Source: Opitutia bacterium (lineage in GTDB: Bacteria; Verrucomicrobiota; Verrucomicrobiia; Opitutales; Opitutaceae). From it: a stretch of DNA of 64,000 bases. This document shows positions 39,504 to 48,900 of this stretch, one piece after another. The notes under the pieces are model-generated. The model searched no databases. It saw only the letters and a list, made by a program, of their open reading frames with translations, and was not told the origin of the DNA. The stretch covers positions 233,501 to 297,500 of the forward strand of contig JACRHT010000003.1 in NCBI GenBank assembly GCA_016217545.1. The letters run 5' to 3'. The position numbers and the translations under genes are program-made. Each line of letters starts with the position of its first letter. Position 1 is the stretch's first letter.

Positions 39504-39554
39504 GCGCGCCTCGCGGCGCGAAGACGCCAAGGAGCGAGTAACAAGTGCCAAGTA

Positions 39555-39583
39555 GGGCCGGTCTCCGACCGGCCTTTTTATTT
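39555..39583 (+). terminator. Rho-independent terminator after ptsH
   Basis: GGGCCGGUC-UCC-GACCGGCC followed by UUUUUAUUU. Confidence 0.8.
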
Positions 39584-39586
39584 GGC

Positions 39587-39688
39587 GGTGGTCGCTGGCG
39601 TCCCGACGGCACCGCGACAGAGACGCGAGTCGCCGCCGCTGGATTTCGCGCCCCGCGTTTGTCGCCGCCGGGACGGCAGCGACCACCT
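39587..39688. repeat. Inverted-repeat element family B, copy 2
   Basis: Left arm GGTGGTCGCTGGCGTCCCGACGGC, right arm GCCGCCGGGACGGCAGCGACCACCT (39664-39688). Lies between the ptsH terminator and the tatD stop. Confidence 0.65.
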
Positions 39689-39703
39689 TACGACCCACGC
39701 GTC

Positions 39704-40564
39704 TCAAATTCCGAAAAATCGCCGGGCATTCGCGGTCGAACGCGCCGCCAGCTCGTCGACCGTCACGCCAAACACGCCCGCCGCGAACTCCGCCGTGTGG
39801 CGGAGGTAGGCCGGCTCGTTGGGCTTCCCGCGATGCGGCATCGGCGTGAGATACGGCGCATCCGTCTCGAGCATGACGCGGTCGAGGCCCTGCGCGCGGG
39901 CCGCCTCGCGGATGTTTTCCGCGGTCTTGTAGGTCAGGATGCCCGTGAACGACCCCACCCCGCCGCGCCGGTTCAACTCGGCAATCTCGGCCGTCCCTTC
40001 GGTGAAGCAGTGGAAAACCACCTTCGCCCACTCGACGCCGCTCGCATCGATCATCTCGACGCATTCGCGGAACGCCCCGCGCGAATGCACGACCACCGGA
40101 CAACCCAGCTTCTTGGCCAGCGCCAACCCGGCGCGAAACGCCGCCTGTTGCGTGGCAAACACGCGCTCCTCCGCCGCCGGGTCGTCCTTGGGCAAGTGGA
40201 AGCGGTCCAATCCGATCTCGCCGAGCGCGACCGGTCCGGGAAGGTAGGGCGGGACCGCTGGGCCCGCCGCTTCGATTGAGTTCGTCGGCGCGCCCGGCGG
40301 TCGCGCCCTACCCCAAAAGCCTTCCAACAGCGCGAATCGCTCCTCCCAGCGTTCATCCACGCTGCAGGGATGGATACCAGCCGTGTAGTGAACGAATCCC
40401 GCGTGCGCCGCCGCGATGTCGCGGTAGAGCCCCCAGTCGTCCGCGTCGGTCCCGATCGTGATCATCGCCTCCAAACCGGCCGCGCGGGCGCGTTCGAGGA
40501 TCGGCGCCAGCTCACCCCGCCGGGCGAAACTCTCGAGATGCGTGTGGGAATCGATCAGGCCCAT
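39704..40564 (-). CDS. tatD: TatD family metal-dependent hydrolase (carries an internal ~24-aa insertion)
   Basis: Start ATG 40564 (MGLIDSHTHLESF). Motifs include GIHP, GEIGLD, VVVHSR, FHCF and ETDAPYL. The track ORF start at 40630 is an upstream extension. Confidence 0.88.
   Translation of the reverse strand: MGLIDSHTHLESFARRGELAPILERARAAGLEAMITIGTDADDWGLYRDIAAAHAGFVHYTAGIHPCSVDERWEERFALLEGFWGRARPPGAPTNSIEAAGPAVPPYLPGPVALGEIGLDRFHLPKDDPAAEERVFATQQAAFRAGLALAKKLGCPVVVHSRGAFRECVEMIDASGVEWAKVVFHCFTEGTAEIAELNRRGGVGSFTGILTYKTAENIREAARAQGLDRVMLETDAPYLTPMPHRGKPNEPAYLRHTAEFAAGVFGVTVDELAARSTANARRFFGI
40243..40312. repeat. Palindromic element family A inserted in-frame within tatD
   Basis: GGTAGGGCGGGACCGCTGGGCCCGCC...GGCGCGCCCGGCGGTCGCGCCCTACC, with inverted termini and two hairpin arms. 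It encodes roughly GRARPPGAPTNSIEAAGPAVPPYLPG, immediately before the conserved GEIGLD motif. Confidence 0.7.
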
Positions 40565-40651
40565 CGCGCGGATTGAATGCCCATGAAAGCGAGAGGCCAG
40601 CGCTTTCGCGCTGGCCTCATGCACACACACCTGGCGTTAGGCCGGTGAAAT

Positions 40652-41590
40652 TCAGTCGGCGCGAATCTTGATGTCACCGCCGCTCGAGCGGAGCTTGAGC
40701 CGCGGCCCGCCGCCGTTAACGGTGCCGGTGAGCCGGCTCTTGCCCATGCCGCCCTTTTCGATCGTGAGAGTGAGGCCCTCGGCATCGACGTCGCCGCCCG
40801 AGGTGCTGGCATCGAGCTTGAAGCCGGTGCCCTTCTTGACGTGCACGACGACCTGACCGCCGGACGCGTGGAGCTCGGTGTCCTGTTTGATGGGCCCGGT
40901 GATCGTCGCGTGGATGTCGCCGCCGGAGGTGCTGGCGCTGACGAGTTCCTCGACGGACTCGAGCTTGATGTTGCCACCTGACGTCGTCACGGACGTCGGG
41001 CCGCCGGCGCGGCCGACGAAAATGTCGCCGCCTGACGTATGAAGGTTGGCTTTGGCCGTGCCCTCTTCGAGACGGACGTTGCCGCCGGAGGTGTGGCCTT
41101 CGACCGCTCCGTCGATCTTGGCGAACTTGAGGTCGCCGCCGCTGGTGCGGGCCTTGACGGTGCCTTTCACGCTGCCGACTTCGATGTCGCCGCCTGAAGT
41201 GCGCAGGTCGAGGTTGAACTCGCGAGGAACGGTGACCGTGTAGGAAACACTGACCGGCGGCCAGCTGCCGAACCAGTTGGTGGCCTTCTTCTCGTAGCGG
41301 GACTCGGCGATCACGGTGTTGCCCTGTTGCTCGAGGCGGAAAGTCATCTCGGCCGCGATCTCGTCGGCCTCCTTCTCGGTGTCGGCGCGGAACGTCTGTT
41401 TGGCCACGACGCGCACTTCGGCCACGTCGCCGCTCGTCACCTTGATGTCGCCGCCCTGCGTGAGGCCGGAAAAATCACCGCCGGGCTGCACGGCGAAGGT
41501 CTTTTCCACGGTGCGAACGATCTTGGCGTCGACGGCGGCCGGAACGGCGAGCATCGCACCCACGGTGAGCAGGCAAAGCAGGGATTTCAT
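40652..41590 (-). CDS. DUF4097 domain protein (putative adhesin-like beta-helical protein)
   Basis: 312 aa with a signal peptide. TSGGDI/TSGGN(V/I) motifs recur about every 20-25 aa, typical of DUF4097. Confidence 0.7.
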   Translation of the reverse strand: MKSLLCLLTVGAMLAVPAAVDAKIVRTVEKTFAVQPGGDFSGLTQGGDIKVTSGDVAEVRVVAKQTFRADTEKEADEIAAEMTFRLEQQGNTVIAESRYEKKATNWFGSWPPVSVSYTVTVPREFNLDLRTSGGDIEVGSVKGTVKARTSGGDLKFAKIDGAVEGHTSGGNVRLEEGTAKANLHTSGGDIFVGRAGGPTSVTTSGGNIKLESVEELVSASTSGGDIHATITGPIKQDTELHASGGQVVVHVKKGTGFKLDASTSGGDVDAEGLTLTIEKGGMGKSRLTGTVNGGGPRLKLRSSGGDIKIRAD

Positions 41591-41643
41591 GGTTGTGCCT
41601 CTGAATACCCGCCGCCACCGCCGAAGTTACACGAAACTTCGGG

Positions 41644-42189
41644 TCAAGCGGCCGTCTGGAGCCGCACTTTCATCCGCGCCAGCCGCCGCAACAGCCGCAG
41701 GTCGCCGCGAATCGGCCACCAGTCGTAGAGGTAAATCTCCAACGGCCGCCACATGGCGACCCAGCCGACGATGTGCAGCCCCAATTCGACGAACTCGCCC
41801 CAGCGCGCCGGAAACATCGGGCGCAGCACCGCCCCGAGCGTGAAACAGGCCGCGAGAAACACCACGCCGATCGCCATGCTGGCACGCCCGCGCCGCAGCA
41901 ATTGCCGCAATTCCCGCTCCTTGATCGCCGCGCGGCTCGCGAAGTAGTGATGCACCGCCTCCTCGACGCCCGCGGCGCGCTCCGCGTCCGGCTTCTCCGC
42001 GAGGTGGATCAGCAATTCCAGTTCGCCTTGCGGCGGATGCTCACGCGCCCAGCTGACGATGAACTCCTCCGCGTCCGCATCGAGATCGCGGTCGATGAAC
42101 GGCGAAGGGTCCAGCGAGTTGAACAACTGCGCCAGCTCGCGGAGCCGGACTTCGATGCGGGCGTTATCCACGCCCGCATCCAACCGCAC
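41644..42189 (-). CDS. Hypothetical membrane protein
   Basis: 181 aa from GTG 42189. An acidic soluble N-terminal half, then two TM segments (MAIGVVFLAACFTLGAVL, LGLHIVGWVAMW). No family recognised. Confidence 0.5.
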   Translation of the reverse strand: MRLDAGVDNARIEVRLRELAQLFNSLDPSPFIDRDLDADAEEFIVSWAREHPPQGELELLIHLAEKPDAERAAGVEEAVHHYFASRAAIKERELRQLLRRGRASMAIGVVFLAACFTLGAVLRPMFPARWGEFVELGLHIVGWVAMWRPLEIYLYDWWPIRGDLRLLRRLARMKVRLQTAA

Positions 42190-42222
42190 CGCGCGCGCCG
42201 GCGCAATCTCCGTCGCGGCGAC

Positions 42223-43011
42223 TTACTTCGCGAACAGCTCCGCGAAGAACAGCTTCATGTGCTCCCACGAGCGGCGCGCGGCCGGCTCGTTGTAGCGCAC
42301 GGGGATGTTGTTCTTCTTCCCGAGTTCGTCGGCGCCGGGATTGCTGAAGGCGTGCACCGCGCCGGCATAGGAGATCCACTGCCAGTCGAACTTCCCCGCG
42401 TCGGCCGCCTTCTCGAACGCGGCGATCTCCTCCGGCTTGATGAACAAGTCCGCCGCGCCGTGCAGCATGAGGATCTTCGCGTGATTGCTCGCGCCTTCCC
42501 ACGCCGAGACCGGCGTGCCGTGGAAACTCACGATGCCCGCCAGCGGCGCGCCGCTGTAGGCCAGCACTTGCGCGGCCGATCCGCCGAAGCAGAAACCGAT
42601 CGCCGCCACCTTGTCCGGCGCGACCTTGCCCGTCGTCAGCAGCTGCTCGAGCCCGGCTCGTCCACGCGCGGCCCACTTCTTGGCGTCGCCGTAGAACGGC
42701 TTCGCCAGTTCGCTGGCGCGGCTGGCCTCGGTCGTCGTGACGCCCGCGCCGTAATAGTCGACCGCGAACGCCACGTAGCCGAGTTCCGCGAGCTGCTTCG
42801 CGCGGCTCTTCGCGTAATCGTTGAGGCCCCACCACTCAGGCAGCACCAACACACCCGGACGCGGGGCGGTGCTGGCGTCGTCGTAGGCGAGGAAGCCTTC
42901 GAGCTTCACGCCGTCGTGTTCGTAGGGGACGGCCTGCGTGACGACCTTGGCGGTCAGAAGCGTGGATGCGGCCAACACGGCCGCCGTGGCGAGGAGAGTG
43001 CGGAAGTGCAT
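42223..43011 (-). CDS. Dienelactone hydrolase family protein
   Basis: Start ATG 43011 (MHFRTLLATAAVLAAS signal peptide). VLPEWWGLNDY, IGFCFGG (nucleophile Cys) and the HGAAD..., AVHAF pattern are typical of DLH. Confidence 0.8.
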   Translation of the reverse strand: MHFRTLLATAAVLAASTLLTAKVVTQAVPYEHDGVKLEGFLAYDDASTAPRPGVLVLPEWWGLNDYAKSRAKQLAELGYVAFAVDYYGAGVTTTEASRASELAKPFYGDAKKWAARGRAGLEQLLTTGKVAPDKVAAIGFCFGGSAAQVLAYSGAPLAGIVSFHGTPVSAWEGASNHAKILMLHGAADLFIKPEEIAAFEKAADAGKFDWQWISYAGAVHAFSNPGADELGKKNNIPVRYNEPAARRSWEHMKLFFAELFAK

Positions 43012-43067
43012 GCGCGCACCGTAGCGAAGCTCCCTCCGCGCGCAACTGCGGCGCAGCGCGGCCGCGC

Positions 43068-44867
43068 TCAAACCACCGGCGGCAGCCACCTCGCCAGGCA
43101 CGCGCGCAGCTGGTCCTGCCGCACCGGCTTGGTCAGGAAATCGTTCATTCCCGCGGCGAGACAGGCATCGCGGTCTTCGGGCCGCACGTTGGCCGTGAGC
43201 GCGATGATCGGCAGCGGCTTGCCCTCAAGACGCTCGCGGATCAGCCGCGTCGCCTCCGTGCCGTCCATCCCGGGCATCTGCATGTCCATCAGGACGAGCG
43301 CCCAGCCGCCTTCCACGGCGCGCGCGACGGCATCGGCGCCGTTGTCGACCAACACCGTCTCGACTCCCAGTCGGTGCAGCATGAGCGCGATCACCTTCTG
43401 GTTGCCCCAATCGTCCTCCGCCACGAGCACGCGGCCGGCAAAGCGCATCGGCGTGTCCGCGGTCGCTGCCAAGGCCGGCGCCGCGACCGCGCGATGGGCC
43501 AACGGCCAGGTGAGCTCGAAGAAAAACTCGCTGCCGCGACCGTGCGTGCTCTCGACTTTGATCTCGCCGCCCATGCCGCGCACGAGGCTCTGCGAGATCG
43601 CGAGCCCGAGTCCGGAGCCGCCGTAGCGGCGGGTCATCGAGCTGTCGCCCTGCGTGAATTTCTCGAACAACCGCGGCAGCAGCGCCGCTTCGATGCCGAT
43701 GCCGGTGTCGCGCACGCGGAAGCGCACCGTCGCGAACCCGCCCTCGAGTTTCGCGACCTCGATCGCCACATCGACGCGGCCGCGTTCGGTGAATTTCACG
43801 GCGTTGCCGATCAGGTTGAGCAACACCTGCCGCAACCGCATCGCGTCGCCGCGCAGGTGCGCCGGCAGCCGCGGATCGACGTTGAACGTGATGGCGATGC
43901 CCTTGGCGTCCGCGCGCGTGCCGAACAACGCCACGACCTCCGCCGCCACCTCCGTCGGCGAGAACTCGATGTCCTCGAACTCGAGCTTGCCGCTCTCGAT
44001 TTTCGAAAGGTCGAGGATGTCGTTGAGCAGGTGCAGCAGGGTGTCCGCCGACTTGTTGGCCACGTCGACGTGCTGCCGCTGTTCCCCGTCCAGCCGCGAT
44101 TCACCCAGCAGCTGCAGCATGCCGAGGATGCCGTTCATCGGCGTGCGGATCTCATGGCTCATCGTGGCGAGGAACTCGCTTTTCGCCTGATTGGCCGCTT
44201 CGGCGCGGCGCTTCGCCACGCTGAGGGTCGAGACGAGTTCGTCGTTCTCGAAGATGAGCCGGTAGAGCTTCGCGAGATCCGCGTGGTGCAGGTGCGCGGT
44301 GTTGAGGAGGAACAGCGCGTAAGTGAACGTGATCGCCCCGAGCATCCACGAGCCCGGCTCGTCCGCGGTGACGAAGCGCACCACCGCCGGCCCGAGCGTG
44401 GTGGCGACGTAGAGCCAGTAAGCCGGGCGCACCGGCGCCAACGACCGCGCGGCGCCCGCGTTCATGCCCGCGATGATGAAGGCCGCCAGGCAGCGCGGCA
44501 CGATGCCGTCCGCGACGATGAAAAACCAACCGCCCACGCCCCACGCGACGCCAGCGAAGGCCAGCTCGACCACGAAGGCCGTGCGCCACCACCCGAGTTC
44601 CCCGTCCGCCCGCCCTTTGCGCGCGAAGGCCACGTTCGTCGCCAAGCGCACGCACGACAGGGCGAAAACTGCGGCCAGCCAGGTGACCGTGATGCGCGGC
44701 GGAAAATAATTCCAGACGCCCGCCGCCAGGATGGCCGCGAGCACGAAGTTCGAAAACAGCCCGAAGCCCGCCGAGCGATACAGCATCCGCGTGAGCTCGG
44801 CCTCCACCCGAAACTCGATCGTGCGCGCCGCTTCGAGCGGCGCCGGGCTCTGGTTCTCTCCGGCCAT
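43068..44867 (-). CDS. Hybrid sensor histidine kinase / response regulator
   Basis: ATG 44867 (GTG 44882 possible). About 6 N-terminal TMs, HisKA ([15 protein letters not shown]), HATPase ([10 protein letters not shown]) and a C-terminal receiver (VLVAEDD...[11 protein letters not shown]). Confidence 0.88.
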   Translation of the reverse strand: MAGENQSPAPLEAARTIEFRVEAELTRMLYRSAGFGLFSNFVLAAILAAGVWNYFPPRITVTWLAAVFALSCVRLATNVAFARKGRADGELGWWRTAFVVELAFAGVAWGVGGWFFIVADGIVPRCLAAFIIAGMNAGAARSLAPVRPAYWLYVATTLGPAVVRFVTADEPGSWMLGAITFTYALFLLNTAHLHHADLAKLYRLIFENDELVSTLSVAKRRAEAANQAKSEFLATMSHEIRTPMNGILGMLQLLGESRLDGEQRQHVDVANKSADTLLHLLNDILDLSKIESGKLEFEDIEFSPTEVAAEVVALFGTRADAKGIAITFNVDPRLPAHLRGDAMRLRQVLLNLIGNAVKFTERGRVDVAIEVAKLEGGFATVRFRVRDTGIGIEAALLPRLFEKFTQGDSSMTRRYGGSGLGLAISQSLVRGMGGEIKVESTHGRGSEFFFELTWPLAHRAVAAPALAATADTPMRFAGRVLVAEDDWGNQKVIALMLHRLGVETVLVDNGADAVARAVEGGWALVLMDMQMPGMDGTEATRLIRERLEGKPLPIIALTANVRPEDRDACLAAGMNDFLTKPVRQDQLRACLARWLPPVV

Positions 44868-44949
44868 CTCCAGCAAGAACACTTTTCGCCCGAGGCGGCG
44901 GCAAGGGAATATGCCTAAGCTCTATCCCCTAGGCCGATCCGAGCGCATC

Positions 44950-45426
44950 CTACGCGCGCCGTCGCAATTCCACGACGTCGCCGGACTTCAGCTCGTGATC
45001 CTCGAGGCCCGCGCGCACGCGGCGCAGGTCCGCCGCGATGCGTTTGCTCCCGCGAAAAATCGTCGCCGCATCATACGCCTTCCCGAGCCGGCCGCTCTGC
45101 GCGGTCGTGTAGAGCCGCATGCCCTCCTGCCAAGGCAGCTCGGTCACCGTGCCGGAACTCGCGTCGACAGCCACGACCATGCCGGTGCGAGCCAGCTTGG
45201 CGGCCGACTCCATCGACATCGACGCGACATCGCCCGACGAAGTCACGGCGGACGACACCACCTTGCCGGTCGTCGTCACCGTCGCGACGGTCACCTTGCC
45301 CGCGGTCTTCACGGTCGCCGCCGTCACGGTCGCAACCGCGACGCCGGTGGCCACCACCACCGAGCAACCGCTCAACGCCAGCGCGGCCAGCAGCAGGAAA
45401 ACGATGCCACCCGCGCCGCGTCTCAC
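44950..45426 (-). CDS. Hypothetical lipoprotein
   Basis: The GTG start at 45426 overlaps the stop of the upstream CBS gene (GTGA). Lipobox LALSGC, a Val/Thr/Ala-rich low-complexity linker and a C-terminal ~80-aa domain. Confidence 0.55.
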   Translation of the reverse strand: MRRGAGGIVFLLLAALALSGCSVVVATGVAVATVTAATVKTAGKVTVATVTTTGKVVSSAVTSSGDVASMSMESAAKLARTGMVVAVDASSGTVTELPWQEGMRLYTTAQSGRLGKAYDAATIFRGSKRIAADLRRVRAGLEDHELKSGDVVELRRRA

Positions 45427-45866
45427 GCCGAGAGTCCGCCGCTGATGTATTGCCGGAGCGACTCCGCCTCGGCGCGGTGCGAGTTCGCGACCCAGCGCGA
45501 GACATCGCCGATCGAGATGATGCCGAGAATGGCGCCGTCCTTGATGACCGGCATGTGGCGGCAACGCTTCTCCGAGAACGTGTCCATCATCTGCTGCACT
45601 GTCGTTTCCGGTGCGATGGTCAGGACGTTGGCGGTCATCACGCGGGAGATCGGCGTGGATTTCGGGTCGAGGTCAGCGGCGACGACGCGCGTGAGCACGT
45701 CGCGCTCGGTGAAGATGCCGGCGAGGCGCGTGCCGTCCATGACGAGCACCGAGCCGATCTTGTGGCGGTTCATTTCCTTCACAGCGTCCGATACGGAAAC
45801 CGTGCTGGCCACCGAGCGAACCGCCGCGCCCTTGTGTTCCAGCAAAGTCGCAATCGAGGTATTCAT
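45423..45866 (-). CDS. CBS domain pair protein
   Basis: 147 aa with two CBS repeats (...IGSVLVMDGTRLAGIFTERDV... and ...HMPVIKDGAILGIISIGDV...). Confidence 0.85.
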   Translation of the reverse strand: MNTSIATLLEHKGAAVRSVASTVSVSDAVKEMNRHKIGSVLVMDGTRLAGIFTERDVLTRVVAADLDPKSTPISRVMTANVLTIAPETTVQQMMDTFSEKRCRHMPVIKDGAILGIISIGDVSRWVANSHRAEAESLRQYISGGLSA

Positions 45867-45947
45867 GCGTTTGGGGTGGGGTTGCGCGGGACGCTACCGG
45901 GCAGCGCTGCACCGGCAATCTCAAAGCCGTCGCTCAAGCACCGAACT

Positions 45948-48900
45948 TCAGCGCGGGAGATTTCCCAGCGCGCCGAAGCTCTTGAACACCGTCTTGCCTT
46001 GGGTCGGCAACGACACCGCCACCTTCGGCTTTGCGGGCGCAGCATCGCCACCCGCCGCCGCCTCGCCCTCCTTGCCCGCCGCCAGATCGCGCAGCACCTT
46101 TTCGAGACGCACGGCGGAAACCGGCTCCGCCGTGCCGAGTTCCTGCGCGAACAGGCTCACGCGAAACTCCTCCACCAACCAGCGGAACTCCCCCGCTTTG
46201 TCGCCGAGCCGCTGCAGGGCCTGAACGAACGGCTGCAGCTCGCGCGCCCGCGAAGCGTCCTTCGCCGGGTCGCGTTTCCAGCGCTCGGCGCGCGCCTGCA
46301 TGCCCTTCAAGTAGCGCGGCAGCTCCTTCACGCGCGCGAACGGCGTGCGGCGCAGGAAATCCGGCGGCAGCAACGCCCCGAGATCGCCCTCCATGCCCGG
46401 ATACGGCGTCTTGTGCGTCTGCAGCGCCAGCCGCAGCGTCAGCGTTTCACGCAACCAGTCGACGAGCTTCGGCACCAGCCCGCGCAGATCGGCTTTCGCG
46501 TCGCCGACGGCGCGCTCGAAATTTTCCTTCGTCAGGTAGGGGCGGTTGCCCCCAACCGCCTTCGCCTCGCTCGCGGCAGGGCCGTTGAGGGCAACGGCCC
46601 CTACCCGTCCGCCCTCCGTCACCCAGCGCCGGATCGATTCCAGCGCATCGGCCTGCAATTTCTCCAACGGCGCCAGCGTCACCGTCAGCGTGCCGATCGC
46701 CCGCAGGTCGCGCAGATCCTTCTCGAGCCAGCCGAGTTCATAGCGCAACGCCGTCTCGAGCAACCGCCGCAGACCGACGCGGGTCGCCGCGCGCGCCTCC
46801 TCGGAAGTGGCGAACAGCCGCACCGCCACGCCCGCGTCGCCCGCCTGCAAACCCGGATAAGCGAGCACCGGCACGCCGGCCTGCTCGCTCACGACGACCG
46901 ACTCGGGCAGGTCACCGAACTTCCAGCCGTCCGCGGGCGGTTTCTCCCACTTCTCCCGCGCGGCGCGCCACGTCGCGTTGTCGGCTTTCGCCGCGCGCTG
47001 GCTGACCTCGCGCTGCTTCGTGCCGAGCTGGCTCTGCAATTCCGCGAGGTCGCGGCTCGCCCCGAGCACCGCACCGCGCCGGTCAAGCACCTCGACGCGC
47101 ACGCGCAAGTGGTCGGGCAGCGTCCTCGCGTCCCAGACGCGCGGATCGATGCGCACGCCGAGGCGCTGCGTGAGCACCTCGGCCAGCGCCTGCGCGAGCG
47201 TCGGTTGCGGCGCGCGCGCCGCGATGAGTTGGATCTCGTCGGTGATTTTCTGCGCGGTCTCCGCGAGCGGGATCAGCGTGCGGCGCTGCTCCTTCGGGAG
47301 CGCTTTCAGCATCAATTCGATCTTCTCTCGCAAATGCCCCGGCACCGCCCAGTCGAGCGTCGCGGGCGAGAGATCGGCGGCCTCGTCGAGGTTCACGCGG
47401 AGCGTCACGCCATCGTCGTCCTGACCTGGCTTGTAGGCGTAATTGAGCGGCAGCGCGCGATTCTCGAGCGGGAGCTGCTCCGGGAACGCGCCGTGGTCGT
47501 GCGTCTCCTCGATCTGCGGCTTCAGGTCGTCCTCGCCCAGGAAAAGAAACTTCGGCTCGGTCGTCTGCCGGTGGCGGACGTAGTCGACGAGTTCGGGCAC
47601 GCTGCTGATTCCGAGGTAGGGCGAGTCGTCCCGACGAGCCGCGCCCTGTCGCGCCGCGACCGGCGGCTCATCCGGAGGATTCGCCCTACCCTCCGGCATC
47701 AGGCGCCGGGCGTAGAACCGATACACCGCCTCGTCGAGGTTCATGTAACCCGCCGCGCGCAGGCGCGTGAGCACGCTCTCGGCCTTTTCGCGGATGCGAC
47801 GGTTGTGCGCGATGAAATCGAGCGGGAACGTCACCGTGTCGCCGACAAGTCCCTCGCGGATGAAAATCTCCGTGGCGTGCTTCGGATCGATTTTGCCGTA
47901 GCCGACCGAGCGGGTGTCGAGCTCGAGATTGTAGAGCCGGCGGCGCTCCTTCACGAGCACGCGGCCGGACTCGATGCTCCAGAACGGCTCGCTGTGCGAC
48001 ACGCGCAGCAGGTGCGCGCCGAGGTCGAGGGCCCACAGCGGGTCGATGCGCGCGCAAGTGCGCGCGTAGATGCGGCCCGTCTCCATGATCTCGGACGCCA
48101 TGAGCCAGCGGGCGACCTTGGGCTTCGCGGGGCCCTCTTTGCGCGGCGCGACGACCTTCTCGCGCTGCGGCCTTTCGAAGAGCGACGAGCCGGGAAACAC
48201 CGCGACCTTGCGATCGTGGGCCGCGTGATAGGTGCCGTCGTCGAGTCGCGTGGCGATGTTGCCGAGCAGGCCCGCGAGAATCGCGCGATGGATCGCGCGG
48301 TAACCCGGCGAGCCGGGCACGAGGTCGCGCACCGACTCGGGCGTGGCCGCCGCCTTGCGCCGCGCCGCACGGCCGGCATCGCGCGGGTCGGCGCCGGCGC
48401 CGTCGAAGACCGATGTGTCCTCGAAGCCCTCGCCGCCCTCGATCGTGTCGATGAGTTGCGCGTGGACGTCGCGCCACTCGCGCATGCGCATGAACGACAG
48501 GAAATGGCTCGTGCAGAACTTCCGCAGCTTGCCGAGCGTCATCGTCTCGAAGTCGTCGTGATACGCCTCCCAGATCGAAAGCAGCGTGAGGAAGTCCGAA
48601 TCGGGATGCGTGAACCGCCGGTGCGCGGCATCGGCTTTCTGCTGCGCGTCGAGCGGCCGTTCGCGCGGGTCCTGGATGCTCAGCGCGGCGGCGATGATGA
48701 GCGCCTCGGCCATGCATTTCTCGTCGCGCGCCTGCAGCACCATGCGGCCGACCGTCGGATCGACCGGCAGGCGGGCGAGGTCGCGCCCGAGCTCGGTGAG
48801 CACGCCCGCCTCGTCGATCGCGCCGAGTTCGTGCAGCAAAGCGTAACCGGCGCGAATACCCTTGGCCGGCGGCGCGTTGAGGAACGGGAACTCCTCGATG

